Shown here: piece by piece, positions 51,845-64,000 of the stretch
Layout: the number at the start of each line of letters is the position of its first letter
Numbering within the stretch: position 1 is the first letter of the stretch
DNA from: Heptranchias perlo
Lineage: Eukaryota
Assembly: GCF_035084215.1 (NCBI RefSeq)
Contig: NC_090327.1
Location: 141,608,001 to 141,672,000, forward strand
Reading direction: 5' to 3'
Length of the DNA: 64,000 bases
The notes under the pieces: model-generated
What the model was told of the DNA's origin: nothing
Seen by the model: the letters and a program-made list of their open reading frames with translations, nothing else
The model's database searches: none
Position numbers and translations under genes: made by a program

Positions 51845-53250
51845 CAATCTCTGGGACTGTGTATGAAAGTGGGGCTTATTCTGTATCTGTCAGTCTTTGG
51901 TTGTGTGCGTGAGTGTGGGATTCATTCTGTATCTGCCATTCTCTGCTGCTTTATCTCAGTGTGGGATTCATTCTGTAATTCAGTCTCTGAGACAATGTGC
52001 AAGTCTGGATTCATTCTGTATTCTTATTTCAGTTCATAGTATCGTATTTGAAGCTGTATCTTTAATACTTTAAAGTGTATACAGTTTTTCGTCGTGTATT
52101 TAACTTATAAATATGGATACACTTCTCGATTTTCTTTAATCAAACATCGTGTGTGAGTTTTGGAGTAGTATGTAATGTACAGCTCAGTCTGCAATAATGG
52201 AATTAATTCTGTATCTCATTCTGACATGAGATTTTTGGACTGGTGTGTAATATGTAGCTCAGCCTGCACTAATGGAATTGATACTGAATCTTTCAATCTG
52301 AGATTTTTGGACTGGTATGTAACATGTCGCTCAGTCTGTGCTAATGGAATTGGTATTATATATTTGAGTCCAATACGGTATGAGATTGTCGGACTGCTAT
52401 ATAATGTGTGGCTCAGTCTGCACTAATGGAATTGATACTGTATCTTTCAGTCGAACATTGTATGAGATTTTTGGACTATTATGTAATGTGTAACATAATC
52501 TGCAGTAATGTGACTGAATTCATTCTGTATCTGTCTGACTGTGGTACTGTGTGATTCATTCTGTATCTGTTAGTATGTGTGTGAGTATGGGATTCATTCT
52601 TTATATGTCCTTGGTACTGAATGTCAGTGTAGGATTCATGCTGTATTTGTCATCTCTGGCACCATACGTGAGTGTGGGATTCACTCTGTGTTTGTCAGTC
52701 TCGAGTGCTGTATGTGAGTTTGGGATTCCTTCTGTGTCTCTGGTACTGTATCTGAGTGTGAGATTAATTATGTATTTGCATGTAATTATTCACTATTGTA
52801 GCTTTAATATCTTAATGTTTAAAATATTTTTCTCATTATTTAATTGTTAAACATGGATACACTTTAGGATTTGAAGCTCTAGGTTGTAATCAGATAATTT
52901 CTGTGTTTTTTGGACAACCATTAAATCTGTATCTCTGTGAGCACTATTGTGAATGATGATGTATCTTTCAAACTGATATGGTGAAATTTTGAATTGGTCC
53001 ATAATGTGTAGCTCAGTCTGCACTAATGTAATTGATACTGTATCTTTCAATCTAATAGTGGATGAGAATTTTTGGACTGGTATGTAATGTGTATCTCAGT
53101 CTGCACTAATAGAATTGATAATGTATCTTTAAATCTCATATCATGAGTGCATTCTAAACTGGTATCTAATTTGTTTCCCAGGTTATATTATCTTTCAGCA
53201 TTTCTCAATCTGATACTGTACATAGGTTTTGGATTTGTATGCAATTTGAA
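51845..53250 (-). repeat. Inverted degenerate 46-bp satellite mixed with a 72-82 bp repeat
   Basis: gtgtgggattcattctgt units; gagatt(t/g)t(t/c)gg at 52228, 52300, 52382 and 52464. Confidence 0.8.
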
Positions 53251-55496
53251 TGTCATTGTACACCATTCAGATGGATACTGCATGTATTAAACTAACGTGT
53301 GTGTGTTTGTGAGAGAGAGTTCTGGGCTAGTATTTAATTGAAATCTCGGGTTACATAATTGGGAAATAATTTTGTACCTTCCAATCGGGTAACATGAGCA
53401 ATTTCTATCCAACCTGCTCTTGTAGCCACAGTACTTATGCGGCTGGTCCAGTTAAGTTTCTGGTCAATGTTGACCCCCAGGATGTTGATGGTGGGGGATT
53501 TGGCGATGGTAATGCCGTTGAATGTCAAGGGGAGGTGATTATGTTGGAGATGGTCATTGCCTGGCACTTCTCTGGCACGAATGTTACTTGCCACTTATCA
53601 GCCCAAGCCTGGATATTGTCCAGGTCTCGCTGCATGTGGGCACTGACTGCTTCATTATCTGAGGGGTTGCAAATGGAACTGAACTCTGTGCAATCATCAG
53701 CAAACATCCCAGTTTCTAACCTTATGTTGGAGGGAAGGTCATTGATGAAGCAGCTGAAGATGGTTGGGCCTCGAACACTGCCCTGAGGAACTCCTGCAGC
53801 AATGCCCTGGGGCTGAGATGATTGGCCTTCAATAACCACTACCATCTTCCTTTGTGCTGAGTATGACTAAAGCCTCTGGCGAGTTTTCCCCCCTGACTAC
53901 CATTGACTTCAATTGCACTAGGGCTCCTTGGTGCCACACTCGGTCAAATGCTGCCTTGATGTCAAGAGCAGTCACTCTCACCTCACCTTTGGAATTCAGC
54001 TCTTTTGTCAATGTTTGCACCAAGGCAGTAATGAGGTCAGGAGCCAAGTTGTCCTGGCGGAAACCAAACTAAGCATCGGTGAGCAGGTTATTGGTGAGTA
54101 AGTGCCACTTTTTAGCACTGTCGACGACACCTTCTGTCACTTTGCTGATGATTGAGAGTAGACTGATGGGCTGGTAATTGGCTGGATTGGATTTGTCCTG
54201 CTTTTTGTGCACAGGACATACCTGGGAAATTTTCCACAGTGTCGAACAGATGCCAGTGTTCCAGCTGTACTGGAACAGTTTGGTTAAAGGCACTGCTAGT
54301 TCTGGAGCACAAATCCTTGCTACTACAGTCGGGATGTTGTTGGGGCCTTAGCCTTTGTTGTATTCAGTGCATTCAGCCATTTCTTGATATCATGTGGAGT
54401 GAATTAAATTGGCTGAAGACTGGCTTCTGTGACGGTGGGGATATTGGGAGGAGGCCGAGATGGATCATCCAGTCGGCACTTCTGGCTGAAAATGGTTGCA
54501 AACGCTTCAGCCTTGTCTTTTCTACTCATGTGCTGGACTTCGCCATCATTGAGGATGGGGATGTTTGCAGATCCTCCTCCTCCCGTCAGTTTTTAGTTGT
54601 TTAATTGTCAACCACCATTCACGACTGGATGTGGCAGGACTGCAGAGCTTTGATCTGATCCGTTGGTTGTGGAATCACTTAGCTCTGTCTATAGTAAGTC
54701 GCTTCCGAACATAAAAGTGAACTGTGAGACCTTCTACAAGTAAAAAAAAGATTAATGAAGACAAATGTAGGTCCCTTACTGTCAGAAACGGGAGAATTTA
54801 TAATCGGGAATAAGGAAATAGTTCAAGGAAAACAAAACAAATAATTTGGTTCTGTCTTCATGGAAGAGGACACAAATAACTTCCCAGAAATGCTATGGAA
54901 CCAAGGGAGTAGTGAGAAGGAGGAATTAAAGGAAATTAGTACTAGTAAAAAAATAGTGCTGGAGAAATTAATGGGACTGAAAGCCGATAAATCCCCAGGG
55001 CCTGATAATCTGCTTCCCAGGGCACTAAAAGAGGTCGCCATGGAAATAGTGGATTCATTAGTTGTCACCTTCCAAAATGCCATAGATTATGGAACAGTTC
55101 CTGCAGATTGGAGGGTGGTAAATGTAACCACGCTATTTAAAAAAAGGAGGGAGAGAGAAAACAGGGAACGACAGACTGGTTAGCTGAACATCAGTAGTAG
55201 AGAAAATGCTAGAGTCTATTATAAAGGAGGTGATAACAGGACACCTGGAAAATATCAACGGGATTAGACAAAGTCAACATGAATTTATGAAAGGGAAATC
55301 ATCATCGACAAACCTACTGGAGTTTATGGAGGATGTAATTGGTAGAATAGATAAGGGAGAACTAGTGCAGGTGGTTTAATTGGATTTTCAGAAAGCCTTT
55401 TATAAAGTCCCACATAAGGTGATTGTGCAAAATTAAAGCAAATGGGATTGGGGTAATATACTGGCATGGATTGAAAATTGGTTATCAGACAGGAAA

Positions 55497-56590
55497 TAGG
55501 GGGAAAACTCTCCCAGGGCTGGAGTCATACCGAGCACAAAGGAAGATGGTAGTGGTTGTTGGAGACCAATCATCTCAGCCCCAGGATATTGCTGCAGGAG
55601 TTGCTCAGGGCAGTGTCCTAGGCCCAACCATCTTCAGCTGCTTCATCAATGACCTTCCCTCCATCATAAGGTCAGAAATGGGGATGCTCGCTGATGATTG
55701 CACAGTGTTCAGTTCCATTCGCAACCCCTCAAATAATGAAGCAGTCCGTGTCCGCATGCAGCAAGACCTGGACATCATCCAGGCTTGGGCTCATAACTGG
55801 CAAGTAACATTCACGCCAGATAAGTGCCAGGCAGTGACTATCTCCAAAAAGAGAGAGTCTAACCACCTCCCCTTGACATTCAGCGGCATTACCATCACCG
55901 AATCCCCCACCATCAACATCCTGGGGGTCATCATTGACTAGAAACTTAACTGGACCAGCCATATAAATACTGTGGCTACGAGAGCAGGTCGGAGGCTGGG
56001 TATTCTGCGGCGAGTGACTCACCTCCTGACTCCCCAAAGCCTTTCCACCATCTACATGCACAAGTCAGGAGTGTGATGGAATACTCTCCACTTGCTTGGA
56101 TGAGTGCAGCTCCAACAACACTCAAGAAGCTCGACACCATCCAAGATAAAGCAGCCCGCTTGATTGGCACCCCATCCACCACCCTAAACATTCACTCCCT
56201 TCACCACCGGTGCAGAGTGGCTGCAGTGTGTACCATCCACAGGATGCACTGCAGCAACTCGCCAAGGCTTCTTCGACAGCACCTCCCAAACCCGCGACCT
56301 CTACCACCGAGAAGGACAAGAGCAACAGGCACATGGGAACAACACCACCTGCACGTTCCCCTCCAAGTCACACACCATCCCGACTTGGAAATATATCGCC
56401 GTTCCTTCATCGTCGCTGGGTCAAAATTCTGGAACTCCCTACCTAACAGCACTGTGGGAGAACCTTCACCACATGGACTGCAGTGGTTCAAGAAGGCGGC
56501 TCACCACCATCTTCTCAAGGGCAATTAGGGATGGGCAATAAATGCTGGCCTCGCCAATGACACCCACATCCCATGAACGAATAAAAAAAA
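55497..56590 (+). mobile_element. LINE-A nested in CR1
   Basis: RT C-terminal half and tail; CR1 resumes at gtaggaataaatg. Confidence 0.93.
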
Positions 56591-57489
56591 CGTAGGAATA
56601 AATGAGTCTTTTTCGGGGTGACAGTGACTAGTGGGGTACCGCAGGGATCAGTGCTTGGGCCCCAGCTATTCACAATATATATCAATGATTTGGATGAGGG
56701 AACCAAATGTAATATTTCCAAGTTTGCTGACGACACAAAACTAGGTGGGATCGTGAGTTGTGAGGAGGATGCAAAGAGGCTTCAAGGCAATTCAGAAAAG
56801 TTGAGTGAGTGGGCAAATACATGGAAGATGCAGTATAATTTGGATAAATGTGAAGTTATCCACTTCGGAAGGAAAAACAGAAAGGCAGAGTATTATTTAA
56901 ATTGTGATAAATTGTGAAATGTTGATGTAAAAAGGGACCTGGGTGTCCTTGTACACCAGTCACTGAAAGCAAACAAGCAGGTGCAGCAAGCAGTTAGGAA
57001 GGCAAATGGTATGTTGGCCTTCATTGCAAGAGGATTTGACTACAGGAGCAAAGATGTCTTGCTGCAGTTATACAGGGCCTTGATGAGACCACATCTCGAG
57101 TATTGTGTGCAGTTTTGCTCTGCTTACCTAAGAAAGGATATACTTGCCATGGAGGGAGTGCAGCGTAGGTTCACTGGACTGCTTCCTGGGATGGCAGGAC
57201 TGTCGTATGAGGAGAGATTGGGTCGACTCAGCTTGTATTCACTCGAGTTTAGAAGAATGAGAGGGGATCTTATTGAAACGTATAAAATTCTGACAGGACT
57301 AGACAGACTGGATGCAGGGAGGATGTTTCCCCTGCCTGGGGGGTCCAGAATCAGGGGTCACAGTCTCAGGATACGGGGTAGGACACTTAAGACTGAGATG
57401 AGGGGAAATTTCTTCACTCAGAGGGTGGTGAACCTGTGGAATTCTCTACCGCAGAAGGCTGTGGAGGCCAAGTCACTGAATATATTTAA

Positions 57490-57683
57490 TTGTAAACAAT
57501 TTTACAACACCAAGTTATAGTCCAGCAATTTTATTTTAAATTCACAAGCTTTCGGAGGCTACCTCCTTCGTCGGCTACCTCCTTCGTCAGGTGAACGATG
57601 TGAAAATGAAATCCTCAAGATGAAATCGCATTTATGATAAATGCAATTGTCAACCCCAGTCCATCACCGGCATCTCCACATCA
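57490..57683. mobile_element. Penelope pLTR fragment with internal inversion and hammerhead (57541-57595, minus)
   Basis: 13-bp TSD tgaatatatttaa at 57477-57489 and 57684-57696; 16-nt tandem duplication inside the hammerhead. Confidence 0.85.
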
Positions 57684-58860
57684 TGAATATATTTAAGAAG
57701 GAGCCAGATAGATTTCTAGATAAAAAAGGCATTAAGGGCTATGGGGATGGAGCAGGAATATGGTATTGAGATAGAGGATCAGCCATGATCATATTGAATG
57801 GCAGAGCAAGCTCGAAGGGCCGAATGGCCGACTCCTGCTCCTATTTTCTATGTTTCACCAGATTGGCACCTCATTTTTATGTATGCCTGGTGCTGCTCCT
57901 GGCATGCTCTTCTACACTCCTCATTGAACCAGCGTTGATCCCCTGGCTTGTTGGTAATGGTAGAGTGAGGAATATGCCGGGCCATGAGGTTACAGATTGT
58001 GCTGGAATACAATTCTGCTGCTGCTGATGGCCCACAGTACCTCCTAAATGCCCAGTTTTGAGCTGCTAGATCTGAATCTATCCCATTTAGCACGGTGGTA
58101 GTGCCACACAACACGTTAGATGGTGACCTCAGTGCGAAGACAGGACTTCATCTCCACAATACTGTGGGTGGTCACTCCTACCAATACTGTCATGGACAGG
58201 TAGATTGGTGAGGACGAGGTCAAGTAGGTTTTTCCCTCGTGTTGGTTCGCTCAACACCTGCCGGATGCTCAGTCTGGCAGCTATGTCCATCAGGACTCAG
58301 CCAGCTCGATCAGTAGTGGTGCTACCGAGCCATTCTTTGGTGATGGACATTGAAGTCCCCCACCCAGAGTAAATTCTGTGCCCTTACTACCCTCGGTGCT
58401 TCCTCCAAGTGGTGCTTAACATGGAGGAGGACTGATTCATCAGCTGAGGGAGGACGGTAGGTGGTAATCAGCAGGAGGTTTCGTTGCCCATGTTTGTCCT
58501 GATGCCATGAGATTTCATGGGGTCCAGAGTCAATGTTGAGGACTCCCAGGGCCACTCCCTCCTGACTGTATATCACTGTACCACCATCTCTGGTGATTCT
58601 GTCCTGCCGGTGGGACAGGACGTACCCAGGGATGGTGATGGAAGAGTCTGGGACGTTGGCTGAAAGGTATGATTCTGTGAGTATGGCTATTTCAGGCTGT
58701 TGCTTGACTCCTCTGTGGGACAGCTCTCCCAATTTTGGCACAAGTCCCCAGATGTCAGTGAGGAGGACTTTGCAGGATTTGCCTTTGTCGTGTCCGGTGC
58801 CTAGTGGCCCATCTGGTTTTATTCTTACTATGACTTTTTGTAGCGAGATTGCACAACTGA

Positions 58861-59165
58861 GGGCGATTAAGAATCAACCACATTGCTGTGGGTCTGGAGT
58901 CACATATGGGCCAGACCGGGTAAGGAGAGCAGGTTTCGTTCCCTAAAGGACATTAAGTGAACCGGATGGGTTTTTACGACAATTACCCGTAGTTTCATGG
59001 TCACCATTACTGATACTAGTATTTTTAAATTCCGGATTTTTATTTTAATTTATTCAATATAAATTCCCCAGCTGCCGTTGCGGGATTTGAACTTATGACT
59101 CCAGAATATTAGTCCAGGCCTCTGAATTACTCGTCCAGTAACATAATTACTTTGCTACCGTAATG
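58861..59165 (-). mobile_element. tRNA-derived (SINE-like) head abutting the LINE-A 5' end
   Basis: B box GTTCAAATCC (59083-59092) and degenerate A box TAGCAAAGTAA (59147-59157). Confidence 0.7.
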
Positions 59166-59169
59166 CATA

Positions 59170-60480
59170 TTTTCTTAGTGTAAGATTGACACAGTACCTT
59201 TCAAGCTGAAAGTGTGATTTTGGACTGGGATTTTTGTATCTACCTGTCAGCAGTACTGAGTTCGGGTGAACTGGAAACAGTGTCTGCCTCACCTGCTCTG
59301 TTTGACTGTTGGATTGAATTTGTGTCTCTGGAACTTTGGATCAGTGTGGGACTGACTACTTCTGCAGTCTGAGACTGTGGAACTGATGACCTGTCTGTGT
59401 CTCCGTGCTCTGTGGGTGATAATGTACCTACTGTGTGTGAGAAGGAGCTGGCTGCACTGTTCCTTGTGCCTCAGGTGGAGGAAACTTCACATTTATTCTG
59501 GGGCATTCAAGGATTTGCCTGTAGGGAGAAAAGATCTCTTGTAACTCAAGAACAGGTGAGGTAGAAAATACAAAAGTGATCAGTTAAATCCCTTTTAATA
59601 ATCATTTTGAATATACACAAATGAAAACCAGCGATACAAACAGTGTCAGTGTCTGACTCCACTGCAGTGCTGCAGCACTCAGCTTCTGCATACCAGGTGT
59701 GCTGGGCTGTTTTACAACAAGTTAGCGACATCCAGACACAACCCAATCCCTGAACTGATCCATGAATGAGACTAGCCGATGGGGCAGGGACTTTTGTACA
59801 GGTCAGGTTTCTAATCCCCTCTCCCATGGGCACTAACCGTTCAACAGCCGCTGTTTAAAATGTGTCCTTCACACTTCTCACCTGATGCCTGCAATAGATG
59901 ATCTTTGTATAACTCCCCACATCCTTACTGTCCGGCTCTGTTTCCACTGTTCACTGTCCAATAACAACAAACAGGGTGAGACTGGACCGAAACCAGGAAC
60001 ATTCACTACTGGTTTGGGGAGAGAAAGCAGCAATGATTTTAAATAGCAGGTTCTTCCCATTCTGTCTCCCTTACCCTGGACACACCCTGTGCACACACAG
60101 CCCCAGAATGGTCTCTCCCTTCCCCCCTCACTCCATGTTCCGGGACCAGTTTCTGATCCACTCCGCCTCTTACAAACAGCCCCCGGACTCCCCCTGAACT
60201 TACCCCGGTCTCAATGCCGATCTCTGAGCCCATCTGCGGACACGGTCCCGGAGCGATGAGCTGCTGTAACGAGGCTGCTGTTTGCTCCCTTACCCCGGGG
60301 CCGTGATCTCTCCATTCCCGCCTGTTTTAAACCATCTTCTTCCACTCACTGAGGGAATGGCCCCACAGGCCGAGCAGGGGGAGGGGAGCGCGCATGCGCT
60401 CTTCTGCTCACCAACACCCAGCTCTGGGGGCGGGGCTGAATGACGCATGCGCAGATATCAGGTTTAATTCTGAATACAAA
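59170..60480 (-). promoter_or_regulatory. Promoter block X, copy 3 (inverted)
   Basis: Reverse complement of 34060-35340; homology to copy 2 extends to ~61600 (equivalent to ~31210). Confidence 0.6.
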
Positions 60481-60949
60481 AATCGATGGAAACTTTCCCC
60501 AGTTGGAATTTTTCAGTCTGAGCAAAGGAAGTGGGTCTGGTGGAAAGGTCAGAGGGAATGGGGTCTACAGGCAGAGCAGGAACAGGCACCAGAATGGAAA
60601 ACAGATGGGATTCCACCAGTGCCTAACGCTGGAATCCAGACTGACTTTACAATCTCCAACTATTAAACCAGATGTTTCCATCCCTGCTGTTTCTCTCGGT
60701 ATGGTTTGATGGTAAAGAGTCTTTCATAGATAAAGTGGACGGCTGTGAAATGAGCCAATGTCCTCTGTTCATTCTTGGTCCCTTCACTGATAAAGTAACG
60801 TGTGACTCCGAAACTGGAGGGAGCATTTCTCAAACCAATCCTGGAGAAACGTGGGAGGGAAGTGGGAGTCGGTGTATTTGCTTGGACCGTGTAGGATTAA
60901 TATCTGACAGCAACAGTCCCAGATTACTTCAAGCGGTGTTTCAATTTCA

Positions 60950-61100
60950 ATTTTTGTTCAGCAAGGGAGTCAAAGGAGATGGGGAAAAGGCGGGAAAGTG
61001 GAGTTGAGGAAAAATCAGATCAGTCATGATCTCATTAAGTAGCGGAGCAGGTTGGAGGGGCCGAATGGCCTACTCCTGCTCCTATCTCTTATGCTCTTAT
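60950..61100 (+). mobile_element. Short CR1 3' end
   Basis: gggccgaatggcctactcctgctcctatctcttatgctcttatg. Confidence 0.8.
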
Positions 61101-61614
61101 GGTGTGAAACTCTCGGTCACTGAGTGTAATATAGATCGGCCCAGAGCTGAAAGATTGCAGAGGGTACAACATGCAAAAAAATGTGACACTGACCTCGAGA
61201 GTGGAATTAATACGGTGTCTGTCTCTGAAATAATAAGTGAGAGATGAAGCTGCATCTTCTGTCACTCCAATGTGGAATAGCAATTGGAATGGAATATTTC
61301 CTAATTTGTTACTGGATGAAAACAGAAAATTACAGATTCGATTCTCTCTTTTTGTACTGTGTATGAAAGTGGGCGTGATGCAGACACACTTATAGGAAGT
61401 GTAAGGCTGCTACTGTGCTTTTCTGTATCTCCCTCTTCACTGCTGTATATGTATGTGTGATACTGTTACTGAGCGAAATATGGACACACTGATAGAAAGT
61501 GAAATATTGATTCTATGTCTGTGTGCTGTTAGTGTTACGGTCACTGTCACTTCTCGTATGTATCAGCCGGTCTGATGATGCATTTATCTGTCTCCAGTCC
61601 TATAAAGAAAAAAA

Positions 61615-64000
61615 CATAGAACCATAGAACCATAGAAAAGTTACAGCACAGAAGGGGGCCATTCGGCCCGTCGTGTCTGCGCCAGCTCAAATAAAAAACA
61701 GGTGCCCATTCGAATCCCACCTTCCAGCACCCGGTCTGTAGCCCTGCAGCTTAGGTGCAGGTCCAGGTAATTTTTTTAAGAGTTGAGGGTCCCTGCCTCT
61801 ACCACCAATTCAGGCAGTGAATTCCATACACCCACCACCCTCTGGGTAGAAAAGTTTTTCCTCATGTCCCCTCTAATCCTTCCACCAATCAGCTTAAATC
61901 TATGTCCTCTTGTTCTTGAACTCTCCGCTAGGGGAAACAGGTACTTCCTATCTACTCTATCTCGGCCCCTCATAATTTTGTACATCTCAATCAAGTCTCC
62001 CCTCAGCCTCCTCTGCTCCAAGGAAAATAACCCCAGCCTATCCAATCTCTCCTCTTAGCTGCAATTTTCAAGCCCTGGCAACATTCTTGTAAATCTTCTC
62101 TGCACTCCCTCCATATAAATTACGTCCTTCCTGTAATGTGGTGACCAGAACTGCGCACAATACACTAGCTGTGGCCTTACCAGCGTTTTATAGAGTTCCA
62201 TCATTACATCCCTGCATTACATTCTATACCTCGGCTAATAACGGAGATCATTCCATATGACTTCTTCACAATCTTATCTACCTGTACTGCCACCTTCAGG
62301 GACCTGTGCACATGCACTCCAAGGTCTCTCACTTCCTCTACCCCTCTCAATATATTCCTGTCTACTGCATGTGCCCTTTGACTATTTGCTCTCCCTAAGT
62401 GCATTACCTCACACGTCTCCAGGTTGAACTCCATTTGCCACTTTTCCGTCCACTCCACCAACCCATTGATGTCTTCTTGGAGTCCACAGCTATCATCTTC
62501 ACTATCCACTACACGGCCAATTTTTGTGTTGTCTGCAAATTTACCAATCATGGCCCCTACATTCAAGTCCAAATCATTAATACACAACACAAACAGCAAG
62601 GGACCCAACACTGAGCCCTGTGGCACACCACTGGAAACGGATTTCCATTCGCAAAGACACCCATCGACTTTTACCCGTTGTCTCCTGTTACTGAGCCATT
62701 TTTGGATCCAATTCACCACATTTCCCTGTACCCATGGGCTTTTACCTTTCTGATCAGTCTGCCATGTGGGACCATGTCAAATGCCTTACTAAAATCCATG
62801 TCGACAACATCCACTGCATTACCCTCATCAGTCCTCCTTGTCACTTCCTCAAAGAATTCAATCAGATTTATAAGGCATGACCTTCCCTGAACAAATCCAT
62901 GCTGACTATCCCTGATTAAACCATGCCTTTCCAAGTGACAGTTTATCCTATCTCTCAGTATTGATTCTAATAGTTTGCCCACCACCGAGGTAAGACTGAC
63001 CGGCCTATAATTGTTTGGCCTTTCCCTCGTACCCTTTTTAAACAATGATACTATGTTTGCAGTCTTCCAGTCCTCCGGTACCTCCCCTGTATCTAGTGAG
63101 GATTGGAAAATGATCCTCAGAGCATCTGCTATTTCCTCCCTGGCTTCCTTCAATAGCGTAGGGAACAATCCATCCGGCCCTGGTGACATATCAACTTTCA
63201 AGGATTCCACTTTACCTTGTCCAATATTTCACACCTCTCCTCTTTAATTACTACATCCAGATCATCCCTTTCCCTTGTGAATCCGGAGACAAAATATTCA
63301 TTTAAAACCCTACCCACATCCTCTGCTTCTACACACAAGTTACCCTAATCATCACTGATAAGTCCCACCTTTTCCTGAGCTATCCTTTTGTTCTTAATGT
63401 ACTGATAAAACATCTTTGGGTTTTCTTTAATCTTACTAGCTAATATATTTTCATGCCCTCTCTTTGCTTTCCTTATTTGCTTTTTTACGTCATCCCTGTT
63501 CTTTCTATACTCCTCTAGGCTTTCTGCAGTATTTAGTTTTCTGTGACAGACATAAACTTTCTTTTTCTGCTTTATCTTGCTCCGTATACTTCTAGAGGGT
63601 GGTAGAAGTTTGGAACTCTCTTCCGCAAACGGCAATTGATACTAGCTGAATTGCTAAATTTAAATCTGAGATAGATAGCTTTTTGGCAATCAAAGGTATT
63701 AAGGGATATGGGCCAAAGGCAGGTATATGGAGTTAGATCACAGATCAGCCATGATCTTATCAAATAGCGGAGCAGGCACGATGGGCTGAATGGCCTACTC
63801 CTGTTCCTATGTTCCTATGTTCCTAGACAACCAGGGGGCTCTAAATTTGGCAGTGCCGCCCTTTTTCTTTGAGGGGACGTGTCTGCATTGTACTCGTAGA
63901 ATTTCACTTTTTAGTGCCTCCCATTGGCTTGCCAATGATTTCTCCTCATGCAGTTGTGCCCAGTCCACTTCTGCCAAATCACCTCTTAGTTCTGTAAAAT
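61615..64000 (-). mobile_element. Long decayed CR1 running off the window; contains a plus-strand CR1 tail at ~63595-63825
   Basis: ORFs 61776..62045, 62204..62719, 62713..63210 and 63345..63635; (catagaac)n tail. Confidence 0.93.

Larger units (their letters stand above)
54710..57850 (+). mobile_element. CR1 nested in LINE-A
   Basis: ORFs 54860..55183, 56618..56917 and 56981..57520, plus tail. Confidence 0.92.
53408..58860 (-). mobile_element. LINE-A split in two (RT 53408-54708; APE/5' end 57850-58860)
   Basis: The two halves map to adjacent positions (~36700 and ~36733) of the 35654 copy; ORF 58322..58741 is the APE domain. Confidence 0.9.

Overview
Eukaryotic DNA, most likely shark/elasmobranch (inferred from the repeat landscape and H1 style). 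It holds a decaying replication-dependent histone cluster built from about three copies of a roughly 17-23 kb macro-repeat: [46-bp satellite]-[AT-rich spacer]-H2B>H2A> <H3 <H4 <H1-[CpG/NRF1 promoter block with putative non-coding exons]. The third copy is inverted and partial. Four histone ORFs are intact (H2B x2, H3.2, H1), but each has a lesion in its 3'-end processing signal. The other seven histone copies are pseudogenes. Much of the rest is nested retroelements: CR1 LINEs, a second APE-RT LINE family ('LINE-A') that appears to start with a tRNA-derived head, Penelope-like fragments carrying minimal hammerhead ribozymes, Tx1/L1-like 3' ends and a probable Harbinger remnant. Repeat boundaries were read by eye and are approximate.
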